Source: Acholeplasmataceae bacterium (GTDB taxonomy: Bacteria; Bacillota_I; Bacilli_A; Acholeplasmatales; Acholeplasmataceae). Taken from it: DNA of 64,000 nt. A model generated the notes under the pieces. It saw only the letters and a program-made list of their open reading frames with translations. It searched no databases and had not been told where the DNA came from. Where the stretch lies: contig OY775910.1 in NCBI GenBank assembly GCA_963675245.1, forward strand, positions 1,376,001 to 1,440,000. The letters run 5' to 3'. The position numbers were made by a program, and so were the translations under genes. Shown piece by piece: positions 1 through 10,352 of this stretch; the first letter of the stretch is position 1, and every line of letters starts with the position of its first letter.

Positions 1-534
1 AAGCGTTTAGTTGATGAAGCGGTTAAGACTTTTGGTGGTTTGGATATTGTAGTAAATAATGCAGGTATCACAGATGATGCATTAATTTTAAGAATGTCTG
101 AAGATCAATTCAATCGCGTGATTGATACTGATCTAAAAGGCGTTTGGCATGTCTGTAAATATGCAGCAAGACCACTTTTAAAATCGACATCTGGTCGATT
201 AATTAACATCACAAGTGTGTCAGGTATGACAGGTAATGTTGGTCAATCTAATTATAGTGCTGCTAAAGCAGGTGTGATTGGATTAACTAAAACATTAGCG
301 AGAGAATTTGCCAGTAGATATGTCACAGTGAATGCAGTAGCGCCAGGTTTCATTGATACAAACATGACAAGTAAACTAAGTGAAGATGTGGTTCATGCGT
401 TCATGGAAACAATCCCACTTAAACGCTTTGGGAAACCAGAAGAAGTAGCTCATGCAGTTTTATTTTTAGCGAGTGATGAAGCGGCGTATATTACTGGACA
501 AGTATTATCTGTAAATGGAGGCATGGTGATATAA
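1..534 (+). CDS. fabG: 3-oxoacyl-ACP reductase (5' truncated by window edge)
   Basis: Frame open from base 1 (KRLVDEAVKTFGGLDIVVNNAG); SDR motifs NNAG, YSAAK, VAPGFIDT; adjacent to fabF and fabZ. Confidence 0.95.
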   Translation, partial: KRLVDEAVKTFGGLDIVVNNAGITDDALILRMSEDQFNRVIDTDLKGVWHVCKYAARPLLKSTSGRLINITSVSGMTGNVGQSNYSAAKAGVIGLTKTLAREFASRYVTVNAVAPGFIDTNMTSKLSEDVVHAFMETIPLKRFGKPEEVAHAVLFLASDEAAYITGQVLSVNGGMVI

Positions 535-1779
535 ATGGAAAAAGAACGTGTTGTGATTACTGGTATGGGACTTGTCAGTCCTGTTGGATTATCAGTGGAA
601 GAATCATTTAATAATATGTTAAAAGGTGTTAATGGTATTGACTATATAACACTCTATAATACCGACAATTGGAAGGTAACGATTGCTGGTGAAGTTAAAA
701 ATATTGATTTTGATCATTATTTAGACAAAAAAGAGTCAAAGCGTAATGACCGTGTGACTAATTTAGCATTAGTTGCTGCACAGGAAGCATGGGCACAATC
801 TAAACTTGAGGGTGTTAAATTAGATCCTTATCGTTTTGGTATGTTGGTTGGTTCTGGTATAGGTGGTCTAAATACGATATTCGAAGAAACGAAAAAGAGT
901 GTCACACGTGATCCTTCACGTATATCACCTTTTTTCATTCCTAATGCGATTATTAATATGGTTGGTGCAAAACTGGGTATGATTTATCAAGCAAAAGGAC
1001 CTAATCTTCCACAAGTTACCGCATGTAGTGCTGCTACAAATTCGCTTGGTGAAGGTTATCGATACATTAAAGATGGTTATTTGGATGTCGTGATGTCTGG
1101 TGGATCAGAATCACCAATCAATGAAATTGGTGTCGGTGGATTTGCGAGTCTTCGTGCACTAGAACCATCAAATGATCCAACACGTGCAAGCCGTCCATTT
1201 GATTTAACGCGTAATGGATTTGTGATTGCAGAAGGTGCTGGTATTTTCATCTTAGAATCATATACACACGCTAAAAAACGTGGTGCGAAAATTCTAGCAG
1301 AAATCGTTGGCTATGGAACAACAGCTGATGCATTTCATATGACCGCACCAGATGAAGAAGCAAATGGTATCACAAGGGCTTTACAAGATGCCTTAAAAGA
1401 TGCTAACATAGAACCTGAAGAAGTTGGCTACATTAATGCACACGGTACGTCAACAACATTAAACGATAAATTGGAAACTTTGGGGATAAAAAGAGCATTT
1501 GGTAAGCATGCTTATGATTTAAACATAAGCAGTACTAAATCGATGACTGGTCATGCACTAGGTGCGTCTGGTGCTATTGAATCGGTTTCCGTGATCAAAG
1601 CATTAGAAACATCAATGATACCACCAACGATTAATTATGAAACCCCTGATCCTGATTGTGATCTAAACTACACTGTTAATAAAGCGGTTAAGAGAGATAT
1701 GACTTACGCAATGAACGTTAATGTTGGATTTGGTGGACAAAATGCGGTGGTCATATTTAAACGAGGAGAAGATGTATGA
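535..1779 (+). CDS. fabF: beta-ketoacyl-ACP synthase II
   Basis: RVVITGMG, TACSAA catalytic Cys, NAHGTST, KSMTGH, GFGGQN. Confidence 0.95.
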   Translation: MEKERVVITGMGLVSPVGLSVEESFNNMLKGVNGIDYITLYNTDNWKVTIAGEVKNIDFDHYLDKKESKRNDRVTNLALVAAQEAWAQSKLEGVKLDPYRFGMLVGSGIGGLNTIFEETKKSVTRDPSRISPFFIPNAIINMVGAKLGMIYQAKGPNLPQVTACSAATNSLGEGYRYIKDGYLDVVMSGGSESPINEIGVGGFASLRALEPSNDPTRASRPFDLTRNGFVIAEGAGIFILESYTHAKKRGAKILAEIVGYGTTADAFHMTAPDEEANGITRALQDALKDANIEPEEVGYINAHGTSTTLNDKLETLGIKRAFGKHAYDLNISSTKSMTGHALGASGAIESVSVIKALETSMIPPTINYETPDPDCDLNYTVNKAVKRDMTYAMNVNVGFGGQNAVVIFKRGEDV

Positions 1780-2195
1780 CAAGAAAAGAAATAGAAGCAA
1801 TCATACCACATAGAGATCCGTTTTTATTACTTGATGAAATCGTTGATTTTGAATCAATGAAACATGGAACTGGTATTAAACATGTCAAGGTTGATGAAGA
1901 CTACTTTAGAGGTCATTTTCCTGAAAAACCTGTGATGCCAGGTGTATTAATTGTCGAAGCACTTGCTCAAACTGGTGCGGTCGTGATTTTATCGAATCCA
2001 GATTTTAAAGGAAAAATTGCTTATTTTACAGGTTTAAAGAGTGTGAAATGGCGTAAAAGTGTCTTTCCAGGCGATACGTTAGAGTTAAATGTCGAAATTA
2101 CTAAAGTACGTGGTTCATTTGGGTTTGGTTCAGGTAGAGCATACGTAGGTGAAGATTTAGTTTGTGAAGCTGAGCTTAGTTTTGCTATTAACTAA
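1776..2195 (+). CDS. fabZ: 3-hydroxyacyl-ACP dehydratase
   Basis: IPHRDPFLLLD and FRGHFPEKPVMPGVLIVEALAQ motifs. Confidence 0.95.
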   Translation: MTRKEIEAIIPHRDPFLLLDEIVDFESMKHGTGIKHVKVDEDYFRGHFPEKPVMPGVLIVEALAQTGAVVILSNPDFKGKIAYFTGLKSVKWRKSVFPGDTLELNVEITKVRGSFGFGSGRAYVGEDLVCEAELSFAIN

Positions 2196-2710
2196 TGTTT
2201 ACATTATTAGAATTTGATGATGTTGACTCAACGTCATCAATATTAAAAGAACACTATAGCTCATTTCCACATTTTACAGTTATTCGTACAAATTATCAAA
2301 AATTTGGCCGTGGTCAATTTGATCGTGTTTGGGATGCTGAAGCTGGCAAAAACGTATTAATGTCTTTACTTTTAAAAGATATTCATATCAATACGATTAA
2401 CAACATTAAAAACCAAACGGTTGCTGTTTTAATGCATGTTCTGAAAACATATGGTATTAAAGCGACATTTAAAGCACCTAATGATTTATACGTGGGTCAT
2501 GAGAAAATTTGTGGTATTTTGATTGAAACAAAAGCCAATCATAATCAATTAGATTATGCCGTTATTGGTATTGGATTAAATGTCAATCAAAAAAAATTTG
2601 GTAATTATAAGGCAACCTCAATGTCAAATATTTTGAATAAAGTATTGGATTTGAAAGTCGTATTTTATGATATATTTATCGGACTTGAAAAAACATTTAA
2701 AGAGGATTAA
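2195..2710 (+). CDS. birA: biotin--protein ligase (short, no HTH)
   Basis: DST, QKFGRGQFDRVW, KAPND, KICGILIE, GIGLNV. Confidence 0.85.
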   Translation: MFTLLEFDDVDSTSSILKEHYSSFPHFTVIRTNYQKFGRGQFDRVWDAEAGKNVLMSLLLKDIHINTINNIKNQTVAVLMHVLKTYGIKATFKAPNDLYVGHEKICGILIETKANHNQLDYAVIGIGLNVNQKKFGNYKATSMSNILNKVLDLKVVFYDIFIGLEKTFKED

Positions 2711-2712
2711 AA

Positions 2713-3600
2713 ATGACTAAAAAAACACAATCGTTACTTATTGTATTTACACTTTATGCGTTAGGTGCTGTCTTAGCAGCATTCACTTTCTTCATGTTAC
2801 CGTTTAGTACGGTAATATCACTTTTGATTGCTGATGTTGTTTACACGTTATTCATTTATGTGTTCAGTCTAATCTTGAAGAATGCAAGTCTATATGACCC
2901 TTACTGGAGTGTTATACCACCTGTATTATTGATATTTGTCGCAGTACAAGTCGGTCAACCTGTGTCAATGGGTGTCATTTTCATGTTATTTGGATTATCA
3001 TTCTGGTCAATCAGATTAACGTATAACTGGATAAAGCATTGGACTGATTTTACGTATTTGGATTGGCGTTATAAAAACTTTCAAGAGGCTAATCCTAAGT
3101 TATATTGGTTATCAAATTTATTTGCGATTCAACTTACACCAACATTGATTGTATTTGCACAAATCGCACTTGGTGTTTATGTAATTGAAGCAAATCCGGC
3201 ATTAAACCTTTTAACGGTTATCGGGACGTTGATGATGATTGTTGCTGCTGTGATTCAATTTATTGCTGATGCACAAATGGATGCTTTCAAAGAAGCAAAT
3301 CAAGGCACAAAGGCATGTATTGATGATGGATTGTGGCGGTACTCAAGACATCCTAACTATTTAGGTGAAGTCACTGTTTGGTGGGGATTATATTTAATCT
3401 ATTATTCAGTTGAAGGCTTTAATCCTTGGATGATATCACCACTCATTATGACGGCATTATTCCTGTTTATTAGTATTCCGATGATGGAAAAGAAAATATT
3501 GAAAACCAGACCTGAATATAAAGCGTATCAAGATCAAGTTTCCATGTTCTTTTTCTGGCCAAGAAAACAAGTCGAAGAGCAAATGGAAGAAACAGATTGA
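2713..3600 (+). CDS. DUF1295 / steroid 5-alpha-reductase-like membrane protein
   Basis: Multi-TM; YDPYWS, DWRY, GLWRYSRHPNYLGE motifs. Confidence 0.85.
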   Translation: MTKKTQSLLIVFTLYALGAVLAAFTFFMLPFSTVISLLIADVVYTLFIYVFSLILKNASLYDPYWSVIPPVLLIFVAVQVGQPVSMGVIFMLFGLSFWSIRLTYNWIKHWTDFTYLDWRYKNFQEANPKLYWLSNLFAIQLTPTLIVFAQIALGVYVIEANPALNLLTVIGTLMMIVAAVIQFIADAQMDAFKEANQGTKACIDDGLWRYSRHPNYLGEVTVWWGLYLIYYSVEGFNPWMISPLIMTALFLFISIPMMEKKILKTRPEYKAYQDQVSMFFFWPRKQVEEQMEETD

Positions 3601-3624
3601 CACTTTCGAATTATTTGCTATAAT
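3597..3624 (+). promoter_or_regulatory. sigma70/sigA promoter for the fluoride riboswitch-antiporter transcript
   Basis: TTGACA (3597-3602), 16-nt spacer ending TGC, TATAAT (3619-3624). Confidence 0.85.
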
Positions 3625-3629
3625 AGACG

Positions 3630-3689
3630 AAGGGAATGACTGTCTCCCTTAGCGAAAGCTAAAACCGCAAAAGCGCTGATGACATCTAC
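3630..3689 (+). ncRNA. fluoride riboswitch (crcB motif) aptamer
   Basis: GGGAATGACTGTCTCCC, hairpin TTAGC-GAAA-GCTAA, AACCGC...GCTGATGACATCTAC match the crcB-motif consensus; 3' end overlaps a terminator. Confidence 0.88.
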
Positions 3690-3714
3690 AACAATTTTTG
3701 TTGTAGATTTTTTT
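3684..3714 (+). terminator. expression-platform terminator of fluoride riboswitch
   Basis: ATCTACAACAA / TTGTTGTAGAT stem followed by a T-tract. Confidence 0.85.
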
Positions 3715-3722
3715 ATAGGAGA

Positions 3723-4928
3723 ATGAATATGTTACTATCTATTGCTTTAATCATCTTAATCAGCCTAAGTCTGGCAACCATTTTTGAAAAGTTAAAATTG
3801 CCAGGTATTTTAGGGATGTTACTATCAGGTGTTCTATTAGGTCCATTTGTGTTTAACCTCATAGATCCAGCGATTTTAGGCATTTCAGGAGATTTAAGGG
3901 AGATTGCTTTAATTGTGATATTGATTAGGGCAGGTCTATCACTTGATTTAAAGGATTTAAGAGAAGTAGGAAGACCTGCGATTTTCTTATCGTTTTTGCC
4001 TGCGACGATTGAAATATTGGCGATTACGTTTATCGCACCACTCTTTTTTGATATTTCTTATTTGACGGCTATGACAATGGGAGCTATTGTAGCAGCTGTA
4101 TCGCCAGCTATTGTCGTACCAAGAATGATCAAATTAATTGAGAAGAAATACGGGAAAGATCATAAAGTACCACAGATGATTTTGGCAGGTGCGTCGATTG
4201 ATGACATATATGCGATTATTATATTCACCGTAGGTATCAATTTAAGTAAAGGTCAAGATTTTAGTTTTCTAACGATATTAAATATACCGTTATCCATTTT
4301 ATTAGGTGCTTTATTAGGTATTAGTGTTGGTTTGGGTTTGGTTTGGTTCTTTAAGACATTTCATTTACGGGATACTGTAAAAGTGATGTTAATATTTGCA
4401 TTCGGCTTTCTATTTATTACGCTTGAGGATCTAGTTCAACCATGGATTGCTGTATCAGGACTACTTGCTGTGATGGCAATTGCAATGACGATCAATCAAA
4501 GACATAATCTTTTATCTAATCGCCTTATAAAGAAGTTTGAAAAGATTTGGGTTACAGCAGAAATTATGCTATTTGTTTTAGTCGGTGCCTTAGTTGACAT
4601 CACGGTATTAGTTGATGCAGGGTTGTTCTCTGTACTATTAATAGTGGTAGCTTTAATGTTTAGAATGTTTGCTGCATATTTATCAACGATAAAAACGAAT
4701 CTTACAGGTAAAGAAAAATGGTTTACGGTATTATCATATACACCTAAAGCGACAGTTCAAGCAGCGATTGGTGCGATACCTCTAGCTCTAGGATTACCTC
4801 ATGGTGATTTGATTTTACTTGTTTCGGTACTTGCTATTGTCATTACTGCGCCATTTGGTGCGATTATGATGGATAGGACCTATAAACACTTACTTGTGCA
4901 AGAAATAGATGAGAATGAGGCAATTTAA
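3723..4928 (+). CDS. cation:proton antiporter (CPA1, NhaP/NHA-like)
   Basis: About 12 TM segments; AAVSPAIVVP, GASIDD, PKATVQAAIG motifs. Confidence 0.85.
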   Translation: MNMLLSIALIILISLSLATIFEKLKLPGILGMLLSGVLLGPFVFNLIDPAILGISGDLREIALIVILIRAGLSLDLKDLREVGRPAIFLSFLPATIEILAITFIAPLFFDISYLTAMTMGAIVAAVSPAIVVPRMIKLIEKKYGKDHKVPQMILAGASIDDIYAIIIFTVGINLSKGQDFSFLTILNIPLSILLGALLGISVGLGLVWFFKTFHLRDTVKVMLIFAFGFLFITLEDLVQPWIAVSGLLAVMAIAMTINQRHNLLSNRLIKKFEKIWVTAEIMLFVLVGALVDITVLVDAGLFSVLLIVVALMFRMFAAYLSTIKTNLTGKEKWFTVLSYTPKATVQAAIGAIPLALGLPHGDLILLVSVLAIVITAPFGAIMMDRTYKHLLVQEIDENEAI

Positions 4929-5049
4929 GGTAAAATAGTAGTTAGATAGCCTTAAGGCTATTTGGGAAAAGATAAAAATAATGTTAAAATAGTGTCAACA
5001 TAGATTTAAAAAGTTAGGCTTGAATTGAAAAGCATACAAGGAGAAATTT

Positions 5050-5469
5050 ATGAAACGCAACAAGTTTGTCGTCATTGGATCAGGAAGATTAGGATCGAAT
5101 ATCGCGACTAAAATGTCAGAACAAGGTGAAGACGTTATTATTATTGATGCGACGGATGATTCTTTTAGAAAATTACAAGAATCCTTTTCAGGTTATCAAG
5201 TTGTTGGTGATGCAACAGATTTATCTGTTTTAGATAATGCGTTTATTAAGCAAGCTAAAGCAACCGTCATCACGACAGATAACGATAATGTCAATATCTT
5301 CTTAGCACATGTTTGTTATTACGTTTATAATGTACCAAAAATTGTTGTTCGCTTAGCAGATACAGATAAAGGTAAATTATTAGAAGGTACGAATATTAAA
5401 GCTATCTATCCGTTTAATTTATCATTATCAGAATTTGATGATTTAAATGAAAGCGAGGAAGAACTATGA
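5050..5469 (+). CDS. TrkA/KtrA-family RCK_N protein (N-lobe only)
   Basis: VIGSGRLG Rossmann motif, GDAT, TDNDNVN. Confidence 0.85.
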   Translation: MKRNKFVVIGSGRLGSNIATKMSEQGEDVIIIDATDDSFRKLQESFSGYQVVGDATDLSVLDNAFIKQAKATVITTDNDNVNIFLAHVCYYVYNVPKIVVRLADTDKGKLLEGTNIKAIYPFNLSLSEFDDLNESEEEL

Positions 5470-6125
5470 AAATCGTTCTAACAGGTGGTAAACACGAGTC
5501 AGATTATATTATTTCATTGCTAAAGAAAAAGCATAATCTCATCGTGATTAACCAAGATCCTTCATTTGCTGAATATATTTCATCACATAATGATATTGAT
5601 GTCTTTCCAGGAGACCCTACAAAGGCGTATACACTTTCAGATGCAGATGCTAAAAATGCGGATGTTTTCTTAGCATTATCAGATAATGATACGGATAATT
5701 ATATCGCTTGTATTACTGCAAAAAGATTATTTAATATTAAACGAACGGTTGCGAAAGTTAAAAATCCTAAAAACGTTGAACTCTTTAAACGTTTGGGTGT
5801 GGACTCTGTAATCAGTTCTACGTATTTACTTGCACAGACCATTTTAAATGAATCTTCAATTGAAAATATCATTAAGACATTATCTATAGAAGATGAAAAG
5901 ATTGTGATGCTTGAATTAGGTATTGAAGCTGATTATCAACTCGTTGATAAAAAGATTATGGATATTCAATTTCCAAAACGCGTTAATATTAGTTGTATTT
6001 TCCGTGATCCTCATGTCATTATTCCTGATGGATCTACTGTCATTCAACCAGATGATAAGTTAATTCTTGTAACAACACCAGATCATCAAGATGAACTGGT
6101 CGACTTCGTACAACGGAAAAGGTAA
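5466..6125 (+). CDS. trkA: TrkA-family K+ uptake regulatory subunit (RCK_N + RCK_C)
   Basis: GDPT, SDNDTDN, LGVDSVIS, IIPDGSTVIQPDD; upstream of trkH. Confidence 0.85.
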   Translation: MKIVLTGGKHESDYIISLLKKKHNLIVINQDPSFAEYISSHNDIDVFPGDPTKAYTLSDADAKNADVFLALSDNDTDNYIACITAKRLFNIKRTVAKVKNPKNVELFKRLGVDSVISSTYLLAQTILNESSIENIIKTLSIEDEKIVMLELGIEADYQLVDKKIMDIQFPKRVNISCIFRDPHVIIPDGSTVIQPDDKLILVTTPDHQDELVDFVQRKR

Positions 6126-6128
6126 ATA

Positions 6129-7616
6129 ATGGATAAAAAGATTACATCAGGATATCCACTTATTTTCAATTATCTTGGGATATTCGCTATTTTAATTGGT
6201 ATTATTAATGCCTTGCCATTGGCGGTTATTTTATTCTATCCGGATGAAGTAACCTATTTATGGCACTTTTTAGCGCCATCTTTAATGACGATTTTTATTG
6301 GACTAGTCATCATATTAATCTTTAAAGGTAGAGAAAAAGGACGTTTAGAGCGTTCTCAAGATGCAATCTTGGTTGTCTCTATTTGGATTATGGGGATTTT
6401 GACATCCGCAGTACCTTTTATGTTAACTGGTACATATAATTTTACACAAAGTGTATTTGAAACAACGTCAGGATATTCTACGACTGGTTTAACGGTCGTT
6501 GATGTGACACAAACAGCACATATATTCTTATTCTTTAGAAGTATGTTACAACTTGTTGGTGGGGTTGGGTTAGTCTTGGTATTAACATCAGCTATTTCTG
6601 ATAAGTTTGGTATGAGACTTTATAGTGCTGAAGGACATAGTGATAAACTGGTTCCTAACTTAATTAAATCTGGACGTATCATCATGTCAATATATTTAGG
6701 GTATATTGCAATAGGTGCAATATTTCTTGTGATATTTGGTATGAATGTCTTTGATGCAATAAACCATTCCATTTGTGCAGTCGCAACCGGTGGTTTCTCA
6801 ACACAAGCAGGTTCTATTGGCGCTTATAATAGTGTTGGTATTGAAACTACGATTATTGTCTTAATGATTTTAGGTGGTACCAATTTCTTCGTCCACTTGA
6901 TGTTATTAAGAGGTAAGCTAAAGAATGTCTTTGGACATGTTGAAATCAAATTATTAGGATTATTACTGATTATCTTTATCCCTCTCATGACCATTAACTT
7001 TATTACTTCTAATGGTGCAGGATTTGGTGAATCATTAAGAATTTCAACCTTCCAGTTTGTCTCAGCAGTGACAGGTACTGGTTATCAAACTGTTGCAGGG
7101 TTCGCACCTGTATCAACAGTCATACCGGTTTTCTCGTTAAGTGTGATTATACTTGTGATGGTTTTAGGTGCAGGTTTAGGCTCAACAGCTGGTGGTATGA
7201 AACAATATCGTGTCGCATTAGCATTTAAGAGTTTATGGTGGCATATTAAGGAACAAACTACCCATCATAAGACGATAAGAACGAGGTTTATATCTAAATT
7301 GGGTACACAGACAGTCGTTCAAAAAGAAGATATTAACCAGAACTATGCATTCTTAATGGTCTATATTCTAGTACTCGTTGCAGGAACATTTGTATTTACT
7401 GCGTATGGATATTCACTCATGGAATCACTTTTTGAATTCTCTAGTGCATTAGGTACCGTTGGACTTTCTGTAGGCATTACAGGTTATAATGCACCAGCCG
7501 GTATTCATTGGACATCTATTATTGGTATGTTTATGGGTCGTCTTGAATTCTTTGTCATATTCGTTGCAATCGCAAGAATCGCAACCGATACCAAAAGAAT
7601 TGTAAGTAAACAATAA
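6129..7616 (+). CDS. trkH: TrkH-family K+ uptake membrane subunit
   Basis: Selectivity-filter repeats STTGLT, ATGGFS, TGTGY, GTVGLS; STAGGMK; GRLE. Confidence 0.92.
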   Translation: MDKKITSGYPLIFNYLGIFAILIGIINALPLAVILFYPDEVTYLWHFLAPSLMTIFIGLVIILIFKGREKGRLERSQDAILVVSIWIMGILTSAVPFMLTGTYNFTQSVFETTSGYSTTGLTVVDVTQTAHIFLFFRSMLQLVGGVGLVLVLTSAISDKFGMRLYSAEGHSDKLVPNLIKSGRIIMSIYLGYIAIGAIFLVIFGMNVFDAINHSICAVATGGFSTQAGSIGAYNSVGIETTIIVLMILGGTNFFVHLMLLRGKLKNVFGHVEIKLLGLLLIIFIPLMTINFITSNGAGFGESLRISTFQFVSAVTGTGYQTVAGFAPVSTVIPVFSLSVIILVMVLGAGLGSTAGGMKQYRVALAFKSLWWHIKEQTTHHKTIRTRFISKLGTQTVVQKEDINQNYAFLMVYILVLVAGTFVFTAYGYSLMESLFEFSSALGTVGLSVGITGYNAPAGIHWTSIIGMFMGRLEFFVIFVAIARIATDTKRIVSKQ

Positions 7617-7617
7617 T

Positions 7618-7646
7618 AACCGTGAATTAAATCACGGTTTTTTTTT
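7618..7646 (+). terminator. intrinsic terminator after trkH
   Basis: AACCGTGA / TCACGGTT stem plus T-run. Confidence 0.85.
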
Positions 7647-7749
7647 GTGATAAAATATGATTGTAAGTTATCGTTTATTAATGCATCTTATCGAAAAATC
7701 CTTTGATTAGTGTACTTTCTATAGTAAGTTAGGGTTAGGAGGAGTTGGC

Positions 7750-8262
7750 GTGTTCAAAATTATTTGGAACAAGTCTGATTATGAATTACTGACAAAAAGA
7801 ATGAGCGAATCTAAACATTTTAAACTTATCGATGATCCAGATTTAATTGAAGCAGGTAAGATTGGTATTATTTGTGAAGAACAAGAGATGGACCAAATCA
7901 AACCTATTCTAGAACAAATCGAATTCGATAAAGCTTTAATGGTTTTTCCGACCACATCTGGTTGGGTACAGATTCCACTCAATCGTATTCTGTTTATCGA
8001 ATCATTTGGTGAGGAGATTGACATGCATTTGGTTGGTAATCGCACAGAGAAGGTTAAACAACCACTCTATCAGATTGAAGACATGTTAGCAAACTATCGT
8101 TTTGCAAGAATAGCGAAATCGTATATCGTCAATTTAAGAAAAATTAAGTATATTAGTCTAAGTATGAATGCTAAGCTTAATTTAGAGTTGACAGATGATT
8201 CGCATCTTTATGTGTCTCGTGCTTACGCAAAATCCTTCAAAGAAATATTAGGGCTTAAATAG
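7750..8262 (+). CDS. LytTR-family DNA-binding protein (no receiver domain)
   Basis: ILFIES...LYQIEDML..FARIAKSYIVNL...VSRAY; GTG start with AGGAGG RBS. Confidence 0.85.
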   Translation: MFKIIWNKSDYELLTKRMSESKHFKLIDDPDLIEAGKIGIICEEQEMDQIKPILEQIEFDKALMVFPTTSGWVQIPLNRILFIESFGEEIDMHLVGNRTEKVKQPLYQIEDMLANYRFARIAKSYIVNLRKIKYISLSMNAKLNLELTDDSHLYVSRAYAKSFKEILGLK

Positions 8263-8273
8263 GAGGTATCTTT

Positions 8274-10262
8274 ATGACAGTATTAGGTTGGATTGTTATC
8301 AGTGTCTTTAGTGTTTTAGCGTTATTAATTACGACAAAAGCAATTGTGGAATTTATTTGGAATAGAAGATTAAATGCATTTAAAGTAAGTGAACATATAT
8401 CAAAAGTTAAAATGCCTGTTGAAAGATGGGTTAAGTACGGGTATAGTTTGGCATTAAGTGCCGCTGTTATCGTCGTATCTGTATTTTCTGGTATGTTCTC
8501 ACCTGTTGTACCACTTGGTGATAAAACGTTAGTTAACGCGAACAGAGTGGGCAATGAAGTCACTTTAAATCATTTAATCAATGATTATCTACGTGATTCA
8601 GGTAATTATAATTATTATCCTGAGTTTGGCGCAGAAGATTTAGCAGATGTTCCGACTGCAGAATCAAGAGATCACACAGATACCAATGTGCAAGTTGAAG
8701 GTGTGGATGAAGGTGATGTATTAAAGACGGATGGTTATCGTGTTTTTTATGCACCAAGATATTATAACGTGATTGAAGTGTTAGATATTGAAGATGATCA
8801 CACGATGACACATGTTGAATCAATGGTCATTGATGACTTTAGAGTGGATTCTCTTTATTTAACTGATGACTACTTGGTAGTCATTGGGTATCGATATGAA
8901 GAAATGATTTATCCGATGGATACACTTGATATGTATTGGGGATTTTACTTCTATGAGCAAACAGCATCAATTATCGTTTTCGATACGGATACACTTGAGG
9001 AAGTATATCGATTAGAAACAGATTTATCATTTATTGATCATCGTTTGATTGATAATACACTTTATATTGTCTCTACAAAATGGTTTTACATCGATCAAGA
9101 ACCAAGACCTGAATTCGATGAAACCGTTAATGGCGAAACATCAAAAAGCTATTTGAGTTATATGGATATGTATTATTTTGATGATGTACCAGCATCTTCA
9201 ATGACGGTGATTACATCTCTTGATTTAAATACGTTTACACAAAGTTCTCAAGGGTTTATTGGAGCAACCTCTCAAATTTACGTCACTGAAAATTCGATTT
9301 ATTCATATTACACGAATTATAATTATACCGAAACAGCTGAAGGATATGATTATAACATTGAAACAAATATTGTAAAATACCATATTAATCAAGAAAATCA
9401 AACGATCGATTACGTGGCATCCACTAGTATTGAAGGTATCGTTGAAGATCGTTACTGGTTAGACGAATCAGGAGATTATCTACGGGTTGTTACAAGTCGT
9501 TCTTGGTGGGGAAATGATTTGCAGAATAGTCTTTATATTTTAAAAGAAAACCCCGAAACAGACACGTTTGATTTAGTGTCACTCATCGATGAAAACATTG
9601 GTCATGAAAATGAACATGTTGAATCTGTTCGTTTCCATGGTGATTATGTCAATATCGTGACATTTGAAAGAACGGATCCTTTATACACGTTTGATTTATC
9701 AGATCCAGAAAATCCTGTCATGTTAGATAATCCTATTGAAGAAGCTGGTTATAGTGAATATCTTCATATCTGGGATCAATCAAATCATGTGTTAGGTTTA
9801 GGCTTTCTAGATGCTAATGAAGATGGTAGAATCGATGGTATGAAATTATCTGCATATGACACAAATACTGGCACAATTCTTGATACAGATCCATATCCAT
9901 ATGAAGATGGTACTGGATGGCGTTATAGTTACACAGAAGCGATGTATAATCCGAAGGCACTCATGGTTAGTGTAGATTTAGGTTTATTTGGATTCCCAAT
10001 GGTTTCATATCATTATGATAATGAAACATATAATTATACGTATCATACATCATTTGTAGTCTATCAAATTGACTTTAGTCAAAATAATGTTTTAGGTGAA
10101 CCGATTATTATTGAACATGAATCAACTGACTGGTATAACCAAGTTGATCGTGGTGTGTATATTGATGGGTATATCTATACATTCTCAGCACATGAAATCC
10201 TCAGTTACAATTTATCTACAGAATTGTCCTTTGAACAATTGTTTATTAATTATGAACAATAA
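8274..10262 (+). CDS. membrane-anchored beta-propeller domain protein (Beta_propel-like)
   Basis: Two N-terminal hydrophobic segments; TNVQVEGVDEGDVLKTDG, VTFERTDPL, GYSEYLH motifs. Confidence 0.8.
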   Translation: MTVLGWIVISVFSVLALLITTKAIVEFIWNRRLNAFKVSEHISKVKMPVERWVKYGYSLALSAAVIVVSVFSGMFSPVVPLGDKTLVNANRVGNEVTLNHLINDYLRDSGNYNYYPEFGAEDLADVPTAESRDHTDTNVQVEGVDEGDVLKTDGYRVFYAPRYYNVIEVLDIEDDHTMTHVESMVIDDFRVDSLYLTDDYLVVIGYRYEEMIYPMDTLDMYWGFYFYEQTASIIVFDTDTLEEVYRLETDLSFIDHRLIDNTLYIVSTKWFYIDQEPRPEFDETVNGETSKSYLSYMDMYYFDDVPASSMTVITSLDLNTFTQSSQGFIGATSQIYVTENSIYSYYTNYNYTETAEGYDYNIETNIVKYHINQENQTIDYVASTSIEGIVEDRYWLDESGDYLRVVTSRSWWGNDLQNSLYILKENPETDTFDLVSLIDENIGHENEHVESVRFHGDYVNIVTFERTDPLYTFDLSDPENPVMLDNPIEEAGYSEYLHIWDQSNHVLGLGFLDANEDGRIDGMKLSAYDTNTGTILDTDPYPYEDGTGWRYSYTEAMYNPKALMVSVDLGLFGFPMVSYHYDNETYNYTYHTSFVVYQIDFSQNNVLGEPIIIEHESTDWYNQVDRGVYIDGYIYTFSAHEILSYNLSTELSFEQLFINYEQ

Positions 10263-10352
10263 ATTGAGAATGTAAAGATTTTATAAAGGAAGGTTATTCT
10301 AGCCTTCCTTTTTGTTTTCCGTATGGTAAGATATGTATGAAGAGGTGTATGT

